NCBI GenBank assembly: GCA_963676915.2
Contig: CAXXVK010000033.1
Location: 18,809 to 82,808 of the forward strand
DNA length: 64,000 nt
Origin: Myxococcota bacterium
GTDB lineage: Bacteria > Myxococcota_A > SURF-8 > G963663525
Direction of reading: 5' to 3'
The position numbers and the translations under genes are program-made. The notes under the pieces were generated by a model, which saw only the letters and a program-made list of their open reading frames with translations, did no database searches and was not told where the DNA came from. Below are positions 38,849-48,900 of the stretch, one piece after another (within the stretch, counting starts at the first letter, position 1; every line of letters begins with the position of its first letter).

Positions 38849-39406
38849 ATGATCATGAAATCTGCGCAACCGAATTTACCTTCTTTGTTTTTATCCATCA
38901 ACGGCACGGGATTGGCCGAAGGACAACGGCCCGAACTGTGCGAGTTCGACCTTCCCCTACGTGGTGTGGCTATGGCGGATTCTCCCGTCCTTATTGAAGG
39001 CGGTTATCCCGAGGATCGAGCACGGGTCAGCCATCGTCTCCACGAATTGGGGCGTAGAGCTGAACTACCGATTTCTCAGTGCAAAAACAAGCGTGAAGCA
39101 ATCGAAGTGCTGGAAACGTTTGCGGAATCTTCATTCGACAAGCTTCCATCGGGAACGTGGATTTTCCACCGGGTGGAGGAATGGCCTCAGAAGCTTCAAA
39201 TTAAGCTCGAATCCCTGCTCGGGGCGATTGACGAAAGCCGCTTAAAGGGCGAATCCCTGCACGAACGGATTCCGCGTATCCAAGTCGTTGTCGGAGACAA
39301 AACGGCTCGGGAGTCACTGATTCCCGATCTTCTGAGACGGTTGACATTCTTTCACATCGTTTTGGGAGAGAAAAAGGTCAAGATCAAAAAGGTAGGCAAA
39401 CGATGA
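38849..39406 (+). CDS. Stand-alone degenerate sigma54-activator AAA+ domain
   Basis: DSPVLIEG, GTWIFHRVEEWPQKLQIKL and PDLLRRLTFFHIVL align to bEBP motifs; Walker A/B and GAFTGA are lost; no REC or HTH. Confidence 0.7.
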   Translation: MIMKSAQPNLPSLFLSINGTGLAEGQRPELCEFDLPLRGVAMADSPVLIEGGYPEDRARVSHRLHELGRRAELPISQCKNKREAIEVLETFAESSFDKLPSGTWIFHRVEEWPQKLQIKLESLLGAIDESRLKGESLHERIPRIQVVVGDKTARESLIPDLLRRLTFFHIVLGEKKVKIKKVGKR

Positions 39407-39765
39407 GTGAATTCAATGACAATATGCTTCCATGGCTGCGAACGGCATTGGATCTGAGCTATCGCCGTAGCACGCTGCTTGGAGCGAACATCTCGAACAT
39501 CGACACTCCAGGCTATACCCCCAAAGATGTAAATTTCGAAACCTACCTAGAAAAGGAATTGACCGCTCATGAGCCGGGGAGTTCCGCGCTTCCCCCTACC
39601 GAGGCGCGTCGAAACGGCGAAGTCGGTCCCGACGGCAATTCCGTGGATTTAGAAGAGGAAATGGTGCAGTTCACTTCGAACCAGCTTTTCTACGGGCTGG
39701 CTTCGGAAGTGCTGAACAGGAAACTGTCTCTGCTGCGCTATTCGATCGATGAAGGAGGACGTTGA
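39403..39765 (+). CDS. flgB: Rod protein FlgB
   Basis: ANISNIDTPGYTPKD, DGNSVDLEEEM. Confidence 0.95.
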   Translation: MSEFNDNMLPWLRTALDLSYRRSTLLGANISNIDTPGYTPKDVNFETYLEKELTAHEPGSSALPPTEARRNGEVGPDGNSVDLEEEMVQFTSNQLFYGLASEVLNRKLSLLRYSIDEGGR

Positions 39766-39767
39766 TT

Positions 39768-40217
39768 ATGCCGCTCAACACGTTTCAAATGATGCAACTT
39801 GCCGGACGTAGCCTGTCGGTCCAACGGACACGGCTGGATGTCGTATCGAGCAACCTGGCCAACGCCCAGACCACCCGAACGCCGGAAGGCGGACCCTACA
39901 AGAAACGTAGCGTCTATCTCGAAGAAGCTGCGTTGAGAGACCAATTCGGCAATGAATTGACCGAAGCCATGAACGATGGAGTTCGAGGTGTGGCGGTTGC
40001 CGGAGTCGAAGAGGACGAAAGCGCGCCTCGCATGGAATACGAACCCGGTCATCCCGATGCCGACGAAGACGGCTACGTGGCATATCCGAACGTCAACTCG
40101 ATGGAGGAAATGGTGGATATGATCACCATTATGCGCTCCTACCAGGCGAATTTGCAGGTGTTTTCCGCCGCTCGTGAAATGGCGCAGCGTGCACTGAATA
40201 TGGGGAGGAATGGCTAA
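39768..40217 (+). CDS. flgC: Rod protein FlgC
   Basis: SNLANAQTTRTPEGGPY, YEPGHPDADEDGYVAYPNVN, RSYQAN. Confidence 0.97.
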   Translation: MPLNTFQMMQLAGRSLSVQRTRLDVVSSNLANAQTTRTPEGGPYKKRSVYLEEAALRDQFGNELTEAMNDGVRGVAVAGVEEDESAPRMEYEPGHPDADEDGYVAYPNVNSMEEMVDMITIMRSYQANLQVFSAAREMAQRALNMGRNG

Positions 40218-40510
40218 TGAATACCATCGACGGTCCCATTAAAATACAACCTATCGATACCGGAAACACTTCCGGTGCTGTGGAAGGCGATGGCGGTCAG
40301 TTTTCCAAAGACCTGGCCAAAGCGATCAACGATACCAACGAGGCCGCGATCAAAGCGGACGAAGAAGGTGTAAAAGCCTTGGTCGGCAACGGATCTCCCC
40401 ACCAAGCGATGATCGCCTTGACCGAAGCCGAATTGAAATTCCGCATGATGACCCAGGCTCGAAACAAGCTTGTCGAAGCCTACAAAGAAGTGATGCGTAT
40501 GAATATGTAA
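40217..40510 (+). CDS. fliE: Hook-basal body protein FliE
   Basis: HQAMIA, RNKLVEAYKEVMRMNM. Confidence 0.95.
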   Translation: MNTIDGPIKIQPIDTGNTSGAVEGDGGQFSKDLAKAINDTNEAAIKADEEGVKALVGNGSPHQAMIALTEAELKFRMMTQARNKLVEAYKEVMRMNM

Positions 40511-40564
40511 TTTGGCTCGATTTGAAGCCCTTTTGCATCGCAATCAATCACCGAGGCAGATCCC

Positions 40565-42151
40565 ATGAAGTGGATGGATATCCTAAAAAACTGGTGGACC
40601 GAAGCTAGCGCCGTGATGCGCTCGATGGTGGTTTTCGGCGTCGTCGGTACACTTTTGGCCGTAGGAATAATGCTTTCCGTAGATACCAATACCGGCTTCG
40701 TTCCACTATTCACCAGGCTTTCGCCGGAAGACGCCGCCGATATCGCCGAAGAACTCAAGCAGCGAAAAATCCCATATGAATTGGCAGGGCAGGGTGGAAC
40801 GATTCTTGTAGATCCCAAAGCCGTGCATCAAATTCGCTTGGATATTGCCTCTGCCGGGTTGCCGCGTGGTGGCGGTGTAGGGTTCGAGATCTTCGACCGT
40901 ACCACGGTGATGATGACCAACTTCACTCAACGGGTCAATTTCACGAGGGCTTTACAGGGAGAATTATCCCGGACGATCACCCAGCTTCCGCAGGTCGAAA
41001 GTGCTCGGGTTCATTTGGCATTGCCAAAGGATTCGTTGTTTACTCGTGAAAAAAAGGAACCGTCTGCCAGCGTTTATGTCAAACTGATGCGTGGCAGGAA
41101 ACTTACGGATCGCCAAATAGCTGGAATCACTCACCTTGTGTCCACTGCCATCGAAGGTATGAGCGCTGACCGTGTATCCGTGCTCGACGGCGAAGGCCGT
41201 CTGATGGGACCGCCCCCGGACGATGGAACGGGTAGCAGCGGTACCTCGCGGATGATGTCGTTTGTCCATTCACACGAATCCCGTTTGGAAAATCGACTTG
41301 TCCAGCTTCTGGAACCGATCGTCGGTCATGGTAGGGTTGTGGCGCGGGTTTCCGCCGAAATGGATCTCGACCGCGTGGAAGCCACCGAGGAAAGCTTCGA
41401 TCCCGACGGATTGGTCGTACGGAGCGAGAACAAAACCAGCGAAAGTAATTCTTCCTGCTACAACGAAGCGGGAGGAGCAAGTGGGGCGTCGGGAAACCTT
41501 CCCCAGCCTACGGGGGGAACACCGATACAGATCGGTGCGAAAGAAAACTCCTCGGCTCGCAGTACAACTAATGTTAACTACGCCGTGCCGAAAACCGTGA
41601 AACATATCAGCCGACCTCTAGGGTCCATCAAACGTCTTTCCGTAGCTATATTGATCGATTCGACGGTTCCCGAAAGCAAGAATGCCATTGGCGACGAGGA
41701 AATGGGCGAGGAAGGCGAAATCGAGCAGCCGAAAGCGAATCTCGATTTGAATCAGGCAATGGTTGCCGAACTGGTGAAAAGTGCCGTGGGTTTCAACAAA
41801 GCTCGTGGGGATCAGGTTGAGATCATGTTGACTCCCTTCTACAAGCCGGAAATCCCCGAAATGGCTGCACTTGAGGCTGAAAAGGGCTTAATGAGTGGAG
41901 AATGGATGGCCATGGGCGGCGCAGGGGTTGCTCTTGTGGTGTTCCTGCTTGGTGGAACGCTGTTCCTGCATAGTCGTCGCAAAGCCAAACTCATGGAACT
42001 GCTCCAAGAGCAACAAAGACGTGAAAAAGTACAAACGGATGTGGAAGCTCCGAAAGATCCGGCACAGGTTTTGCGAGAAAACGTACGTCAACTGGCCCGC
42101 AACGATATCAAAGGAAGCGTGCAGTTGATGAAAGAATGGATTGCCGCGTAA
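40565..42151 (+). CDS. fliF: MS-ring protein FliF
   Basis: GFEIFD, RALQGELSRTI, SARVHLALP, RLSVAILID, RGDQV; two TM. Confidence 0.96.
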   Translation: MKWMDILKNWWTEASAVMRSMVVFGVVGTLLAVGIMLSVDTNTGFVPLFTRLSPEDAADIAEELKQRKIPYELAGQGGTILVDPKAVHQIRLDIASAGLPRGGGVGFEIFDRTTVMMTNFTQRVNFTRALQGELSRTITQLPQVESARVHLALPKDSLFTREKKEPSASVYVKLMRGRKLTDRQIAGITHLVSTAIEGMSADRVSVLDGEGRLMGPPPDDGTGSSGTSRMMSFVHSHESRLENRLVQLLEPIVGHGRVVARVSAEMDLDRVEATEESFDPDGLVVRSENKTSESNSSCYNEAGGASGASGNLPQPTGGTPIQIGAKENSSARSTTNVNYAVPKTVKHISRPLGSIKRLSVAILIDSTVPESKNAIGDEEMGEEGEIEQPKANLDLNQAMVAELVKSAVGFNKARGDQVEIMLTPFYKPEIPEMAALEAEKGLMSGEWMAMGGAGVALVVFLLGGTLFLHSRRKAKLMELLQEQQRREKVQTDVEAPKDPAQVLRENVRQLARNDIKGSVQLMKEWIAA

Positions 42152-42169
42152 ACGTCAACAGGTGAGATA

Positions 42170-43195
42170 ATGTCCGCTGCTACAAACAAACAACAAAACC
42201 AGGGCGATGAAATCGATGGCGCGTTGAAAGCTGCCTTGTTGCTTGTCCACTTGAATGAAGACGATGCCGCCGAGATGTTCAGCATGATGACGCGACGAGA
42301 GATTCGGATGCTGTCGATGGCGGCACGGGATCTGAATAAAATTCCGCTGGATCAGGTGGAGGTGGTGCTCAACGAATTTGTGGATGAAATGTACGTAGGT
42401 AACGCGGAATTGCGCGGCGGTGCGGAATATGTCGTGGAATTGGCCGAAAAAAGCCTTGGTGTCGAGAAGGCCAGGGAAGTCTTGCAGGAAACGGAAAGCG
42501 ATCTATTGCTCGATGCGTTGAGCGAACTGGATACCCGCACCTTGGGTAATTTGCTGCGCAAAGAGCATCCACAGACTGTAGCTTTGATTCTGTCGCACCT
42601 CGATCCGGTTCGAGCCGGTGAAGTGCTTGCCTTGCTGCCCGAGGAAAAACAACCCGAAATGTTACGGCGCGTCGCCAAGTTGGAGAGTGTCAGCCCGGAC
42701 GTGATCAAACTGCTGGCCGATGCCTTCGTTCACGAAGTGCAGATCAGCGGTGGCAAAGGGATTTACAGCAAAGTCGGTGGAATCAACGTCGTAGCCGATA
42801 TCATGAACTCCATGGAGAAAAGCAACGAACAGCAGTTGATGACCAACCTGGAGGATATCGACCAGACCCTTGCCGACGAAGTACGTCAGTTGATGTTCGT
42901 CTTCGACGATATCGTTTATCTCGATGACCGGGGTATCCAGACGCTACTTAAGGAAATCGATCGTGAAACCTTGGTGTTGGCGCTCAAAGCTGCCGACGAA
43001 GAACTCAAGGAGCGCGTGTTCAAGAATCTTTCTTCTCGTGCGGTGGAAATGATCATCGACGATATGGAGGGCCGTGGTCCGGTACGTTTGAGTGATGTGG
43101 AGAAAGCACAAGCCGAAATCGTGCAAGTAGCGCTGAAACTGTCCGATACGGGGTTGATCGAGTTGACCAAGGGTGATGGGGATGACTTTGTTTGA
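42170..43195 (+). CDS. fliG: C-ring protein FliG
   Basis: KAALLL, EHPQT, MFVFDD, GPVRLSDVEKAQ. Confidence 0.97.
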   Translation: MSAATNKQQNQGDEIDGALKAALLLVHLNEDDAAEMFSMMTRREIRMLSMAARDLNKIPLDQVEVVLNEFVDEMYVGNAELRGGAEYVVELAEKSLGVEKAREVLQETESDLLLDALSELDTRTLGNLLRKEHPQTVALILSHLDPVRAGEVLALLPEEKQPEMLRRVAKLESVSPDVIKLLADAFVHEVQISGGKGIYSKVGGINVVADIMNSMEKSNEQQLMTNLEDIDQTLADEVRQLMFVFDDIVYLDDRGIQTLLKEIDRETLVLALKAADEELKERVFKNLSSRAVEMIIDDMEGRGPVRLSDVEKAQAEIVQVALKLSDTGLIELTKGDGDDFV

Positions 43196-43913
43196 TACGG
43201 ATAACAAATCCGGGGCGAAACCGGCTTCGATTTTTCCTGCCGAAAAGGAAAAACCGGCAGAAGAAGTCAGAGTATTTTGTTTTGATGATGTGACTTCGGG
43301 AGCGTCGCAAAGTGCACCTCAACCCGAACCCGTTGATACGCCGCCGGAAACGGTGGAAACTCCCGAACCCGCCCAGGAAGAAGAAAAACAGGAATTGGCT
43401 CGGCAGCTTGAGGAAGTCGAAAGAGAATCCTATCGCCGAGGAATGGAAGATGCCCGTCGGGAAACCTATGCCGAATTGGAAAAGCTTTCTCAGCGTATGA
43501 CGGGTGCTATTGCCTATTTACACAATGCCTTGTCGAAGGCCGAACAAGCGATGACGCACGAAGCGTTGACGTTGGCATTGATGGTGGCGGAAAAAGTCAT
43601 TGCACGAAAAATCACCGACGATACGGACAGTTTGATTTCTACCGTTGTTGCCGCTTCCGAAGTTCTGGATGGCAACCAACCGTTGCGAATTGTGTGCAAC
43701 ACGAACAATGCCGAGCGCCTGCACGGAATTCTCGATGACCTGAGCGTTAATATCGGTGTCGAAGGAGTGGCCGTGGAGGAAGATCCCCGTATGGAAAGCG
43801 GAGATTTCATGCTGTATCAAGGCGTATCGAATCTGGATGCTCGTATGAAAACGAGGCTGGCGCGTATCGAAAACGCCCTTTTCCGCGAACTCGGCTTGGA
43901 AGTCAAACGGTAA
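43182..43913 (+). CDS. fliH: Export regulator FliH
   Basis: YRRGMEDA repeat, AEKVI, EEDPRMESGD; between fliG and fliI. Confidence 0.85.
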   Translation: MTLFDTDNKSGAKPASIFPAEKEKPAEEVRVFCFDDVTSGASQSAPQPEPVDTPPETVETPEPAQEEEKQELARQLEEVERESYRRGMEDARRETYAELEKLSQRMTGAIAYLHNALSKAEQAMTHEALTLALMVAEKVIARKITDDTDSLISTVVAASEVLDGNQPLRIVCNTNNAERLHGILDDLSVNIGVEGVAVEEDPRMESGDFMLYQGVSNLDARMKTRLARIENALFRELGLEVKR

Positions 43914-43949
43914 ACCAATTTAAATCGATAATATTCAGGAGGGTTCGAC

Positions 43950-45266
43950 GTGCCTATTCTCGATCTCGAAGGCTGTCAGCGTGCATTGGCCGAACCGGAT
44001 CTCATCAGTGGCGGTAGTGTTACGAGGGTTACCGGGGATACGATCGAAGCCTCTTTGGCTTGCGCACAGACTGGAGCGATTTACTGTATTCCCGGTGAAG
44101 GAAACCGAGAAGATCTTTTGACCGAAGTTATCGGATTTCGCAATGAAAACACAATCTTGGCTCCATTTGGGTCGCCACGGGGAATCGGGCCGGGAGATTC
44201 CGTGCTGCCCGAAGGTCTAACCGACGAGCAGGAAGTTTCCGACGCCGTAATGGGTCGAATTCTGGATGCCTTCGGTCGTCCGCTTGATGCTGGTCCGCCT
44301 CTGACCGGGAAACACCGTGTTCCTTTGTATCGACAAGCACCCAATCCATTACAAAGAGAGCCGATCAAAGAGGTTCTGGCGACCGGAATTGCAGCGCTGG
44401 ATGGAATGATCACGGTTGGACGAGGTCAGCGCCTTGGAATTTTCGCTGGAGCCGGTGTGGGAAAAAGCACGCTTTTGGGCATGATTGCACGTTTCAGTGA
44501 AGCGGATGTCAACGTGATCTGCCTGGTTGGCGAGCGCGGGCGTGAGGTTCGGGGATTTATCGAGCAAGAACTGGGCGAAGAAGGTCTGGCTCGATCGGTC
44601 GTGTTGGTCGCGGCAGGTGATCAGGCACCGATTCTTCGAATGCGGGTCGCGTTTTTAGCAACAACGCTGGCGGAATATTTCCGGGATAAAGGACGCAAGG
44701 TTCTGCTGCTGATGGATTCCATTACCCGATTGGCCCAGGCTATGCGGGAAATCGGCCTGTCCGCAGGCGAACCGCCGACGACTCGGGGCTATACGCCCTC
44801 GGTGTTCAGTACTCTTCCTAAATTGGTCGAACGAGCCGGAAATAGCGAGGGAAGGGGAACGATGACCGCTTTTTATACCGTTCTCGTGGACGGTGACGAC
44901 ATGACCGAACCGGTAGCCGACACCATGAGAGGATTGTTGGACGGTCACATCTTGTTATCTCGTCGCTTGGCAGAGGCGGGACATTTTCCGGCAATCGATA
45001 TTTCCGGTTCGTTGTCCCGGTTGGCAGTGGAGATCATCGACAAGCCGCACATGGAACTTTCGCGTCGTGTTCGGGAGGTGTTCAACTTGCGAAATGAAGT
45101 GGCGGATTTGCTTCAGGTTGGGGCGTATCAGAAGGGTTCCGACCCGGAAACGGATCGCGCGATTCAACTTTTCCCAAAGCTGGCCGATTTCTTTATGCAA
45201 GAGCGATCGGAATTTCGTCCTTTCGAATCGACCCTAGGGGGTCTGCAAACACTGTTGGGACCGTAA
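43950..45266 (+). CDS. fliI: Flagellar export ATPase FliI
   Basis: GIFAGAGVGKSTLLGM, GERGREV, MDSITR, GEPPTTRGY, DGHILLSR. Confidence 0.97.
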   Translation: MPILDLEGCQRALAEPDLISGGSVTRVTGDTIEASLACAQTGAIYCIPGEGNREDLLTEVIGFRNENTILAPFGSPRGIGPGDSVLPEGLTDEQEVSDAVMGRILDAFGRPLDAGPPLTGKHRVPLYRQAPNPLQREPIKEVLATGIAALDGMITVGRGQRLGIFAGAGVGKSTLLGMIARFSEADVNVICLVGERGREVRGFIEQELGEEGLARSVVLVAAGDQAPILRMRVAFLATTLAEYFRDKGRKVLLLMDSITRLAQAMREIGLSAGEPPTTRGYTPSVFSTLPKLVERAGNSEGRGTMTAFYTVLVDGDDMTEPVADTMRGLLDGHILLSRRLAEAGHFPAIDISGSLSRLAVEIIDKPHMELSRRVREVFNLRNEVADLLQVGAYQKGSDPETDRAIQLFPKLADFFMQERSEFRPFESTLGGLQTLLGP

Positions 45267-45962
45267 ATGCGCAGATTCATTCCATTTCGGGCTTTTGTTA
45301 TCGTCATTGCCGTGACGTTGTTTCTGGCTATGACCGCAAGCAAGACGGAAGCTCCAACTCCGGAAAAAAACGAAGCGGAAACGGCAAAAACCGATGCTTC
45401 GAACGGGGAAAAAGGAACGGAATCGGGCGAAAACGAAGAAAAAAGTGAAGAAAATGCCACCAAGTCGGATGGCATCATGTTCAATATTCTCGACGATAAG
45501 ATTTTCGACAAAATCGTTGTTCCCAAAAAGGTCGAAACACAGATCAAAATCGAATTTGCCAAACTCGAACGCGAGCGGGTGCGTCTTGAGCAATCCAAGA
45601 AGGATCTTGCGATTGCCGAAAAAATATTGGCCCGTCGCATCGAGGAGTTGAAACAAGAAAAGAAAGAATTACAAGAGCTGATCGATTCCACGGAGGAAAA
45701 GAGAAAAGAACGCCACGGACGGAAAATCGAACATCTTTGCAAGCTCGCTTCGAAAATGCCACCCAAGGATGCCGCCCAATTCATCGAAGAACTCGAAATG
45801 GATGTTGCCGTTTCGATTCTTGAAATGATGACGGTAAGTAAGGCAGCCAAGGTACTGGCGGAAATCAATCCCAAGCGAGCGGTCATCCTCAGCAAAAGGT
45901 ATTTGAACCGTGACGAACTCAACACCTCTAAGTCTGGACTTCGCCGCCGCAACTCCCGTTGA
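45267..45962 (+). CDS. MotE/YlxF-like flagellar protein (coiled coil plus MgtE-N-like domain)
   Basis: N-terminal TM/signal, coiled coil, KMPPKDAAQFI...AAKVLAEINPKRA; usual position upstream of fliK. Confidence 0.8.
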   Translation: MRRFIPFRAFVIVIAVTLFLAMTASKTEAPTPEKNEAETAKTDASNGEKGTESGENEEKSEENATKSDGIMFNILDDKIFDKIVVPKKVETQIKIEFAKLERERVRLEQSKKDLAIAEKILARRIEELKQEKKELQELIDSTEEKRKERHGRKIEHLCKLASKMPPKDAAQFIEELEMDVAVSILEMMTVSKAAKVLAEINPKRAVILSKRYLNRDELNTSKSGLRRRNSR

Positions 45963-48900
45963 AAGCGATCTTTTCTCTTCGGCGCCTGTCGGAGTGAACG
46001 AAACGGGGAAACGAGCGGCTTTCGATGCAATTTTCAAAGAAATCATCGGGGATTCATCCTCTCGAAATCCTTCACGAACCAGCATTGGAAATCAGGCTTC
46101 CGAAGGGAAAGAGAATCGCGAAGGAAGACAACCTTCGACGAGAGTGTTTGTCGCGCCATCGCAGGGTTTTCGAATTCTTCAAAAAGCCGAAGTTGCCGTT
46201 ACGCATGGTAACGAAAAGGAACAGGAAAAGCTAGAGCAACCCAAAGGCGAGACGAACGGTTTCGGGGCGGGGCCAGGAATGCAAGGGCAATTCGCCAAGC
46301 GGGAACGCGATCCCCGAAGTGAGGCGATTGAAAAGTTTTCAGAAACATCCAAGCGTTCGGTTGATACGAATTCTTTTGAGAGACGTGAAGCTTCTGAAGA
46401 TACGAAATCGAATCGCCAATCCAAAAAATCCGCTCGGATCGATTTGCCGTCTTCAGGGGAACTTCCCGAATTGTCGGTCACCGTGCAATTGCAGCAAAAA
46501 GCCAACGAACAAAACGATCCGAAAAGCGACAAAAACGAGACATCCGAACAGGAATTTTCCAACGATACCGGCACCGTAACATTGGGAAAAATTTCCAGAA
46601 GAGAATTTGTCCGGTTGACAGGTGTTTCCTCGCAACTTCAAGATGCTGTTGAACAACTGGCTTCGTATATTGTGGCTCATCGGGATGAAGAATCCGAGCA
46701 GGTTTCTAAGGTCGTAAAGCAGGAAGGAATCGAAGCTTCGGAAACAGTAGTGGTTGAGCCGGCGGAGTCGTCTGTAGAAAGCGATAAGCCGTTTTCTCAA
46801 GAAAAACCTAGTGCCGATGTAAAAAATTCAAAAGCTTCTGTGTTTTCTAAAAAAACGAAACAGGTTTCTTCGGAAAAATCCGTAAGCAGTAAACCTTTGT
46901 CATCAACCGTTGAACCAAAAGAAACGAAAACGGACGCTAAAGCGGTCCAAAACGTTTCAGATGAAGATATTGCGTTTAAAGTTGAACCCAAAAGAGTTTC
47001 ATCGCACAAAACGGTATCTGAAATTCCATCTAGTGCGGATTCTTCATCCAAGGTAGCTGAGCCAAAAGACGTCAAACTTGGAGCTAGCGTGGTTCAGAAG
47101 GTTTCAGACGATCACATTGCCTCTTCGTCAGAACCGAAACGAAAAATCTACACGCAAAATCGTTCACGGAAGACTGAACCGGTAGAAACAACCATTTCTT
47201 CAAAACCAAAATCTCGCCGTGTGGAAGTTCCAGCAGCACGTTCGAAAGTGCAAGGTGAAACCTCTTCATTGATTCATGAAATGGAGAAGTCATCCGAAGT
47301 TCCTGATGCGGAAGTGGTGACCATTTCTAGCAATCGGAAGTCCGACATCTCTGCGAAAATTTCGTTTGAAACAGGCGTAAAAGAAACAGTCCAACCGACT
47401 CAAGAAACGGTTGTACGAGATTTCCCGGAGAGTAAGCCGACGGAATCGGCAAATACGGCTCAAAATGCAAAAGTCGAACAAAAACCTTCCACGTTTGAAT
47501 CTTCGAAAACCACTGGAAAGGAAAACGAACGTTTTCAGGTCACCGACGAATCCGTAAAAACGATTGGCGTGAATTCTGGGGCCGATCAGGCGAAAACGTT
47601 CACCAATGCAGACCCGAAAAAAGCTTCGGTGAGAAGCACTGTTGATCTGAATGAGACTGCAAGCGTCGTGGCTGATTCTCACGACGTGGAAAAAGTACAA
47701 AAAGTTGCTTCGAATGCTACTGAAAACGAACCGAAAGCTTTTAAACGGGTTGAGGTTTCCACAAGCGACACCAAAACAGCGGATGCGGTAAAAGACAACC
47801 TTTCGAATATGTATCCGAAGGAAGTACGAAAATCCGAAGGTGCGCCAGAACAAGTGAAGCGCACGGTTGTTTCCGAAACGATGGTTGATACATATGAAGT
47901 CACTTCGAATGTTGAAGCGAAAGAGGTTGTATCGAAACCCGTCGTTTCTGTCCCTGAAATGGAGCGGGAGAATGACTCTGTTTTCGAGAAATCCACACCT
48001 CGTATTGCTTCGACGAACGCAAAAAATGTTCCGAGCGACGCTCAAGAGCAATGGTCCTCTACAAAGGTGCCAGCGGGAAAATCCGAACAGATGGTTCACG
48101 AATCGGTTTCAGTCGATGCGGTTGATTCACCCAAAACTTTTTCGAGTTCTGAAAAAGTGATCAAAGATATTACTTCTCACCCTGTTTCAAGCCATTCCGA
48201 GACAAAGACATCTCCTGCGGAATTCTTGGAATCCAGTGTGGAAAATATTTCGAGTAACGACGTAAGGAAGCCTGCTAATTCACGCAATGTTTTTTCTGAA
48301 TCGGTGCAGAAAAACTCCGATGATTTTAAAACCGAAGTAAAAACGGAGACAGAAAAAGCGGCAAACTTAGGTCAAAGTGAGAAAATTCAGACCAAAGCCG
48401 CAACAAGTGTTCAACAAAATGATCCTGCTGAATTCCATACCGAGAACGTCGTCACCACAAAAGCCTTTGTTTCCGACCGGAAGGAAGCGCCGTTTGCCGA
48501 TGCAAAAGTAAGCGCTCCCAAGTACGAGTCGGAAACGAAGGAAACTTCCGTTCGAGAGGTCGCTCCGGCAGTCGAAAACTTGAAAAAGCCTGAGACGAAG
48601 CAGGAAACTTCGGTTGATTCACATCCTGTTTTTACTACTTCGGAAACGACGGGTAGGGAGAAAAACATCGCTGTAAGCGAACCTTCCGAAAAAGTTTTTG
48701 CTTCGATGGAGGAACGTCCTTCAATACATGCGAAACCTATCGAAGTGCCGCGAACTACGCAGGAAATTCGGTCTACAACGGAATTTACGGAAAACGAAAC
48801 GGTAAAATCTGATTCGTCGAAACCGGCTGAAACGAAGTCTGCAAATACCTTCGTTCCCACTGACGAGCATACGGAAAATCAGGGTTCGAAGAAAACTGTC

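Noticed and set aside
26599-45266. Non-flagellar injectisome T3SS
   Set aside because: Rod, hook, L/P-ring, FliG/M/N and FliA/FlgM genes are clearly flagellar; no secretin or needle gene
45910-45962. motE-fliK fusion by removing one base
   Set aside because: fliK has its own AAGG-preceded GTG, and a membrane-anchored N-terminus is incompatible with a T3SS-exported ruler
46591-46625. Tat-like SRREF motif in the giant FliK
   Set aside because: About 230 aa internal and not followed by a hydrophobic h-region
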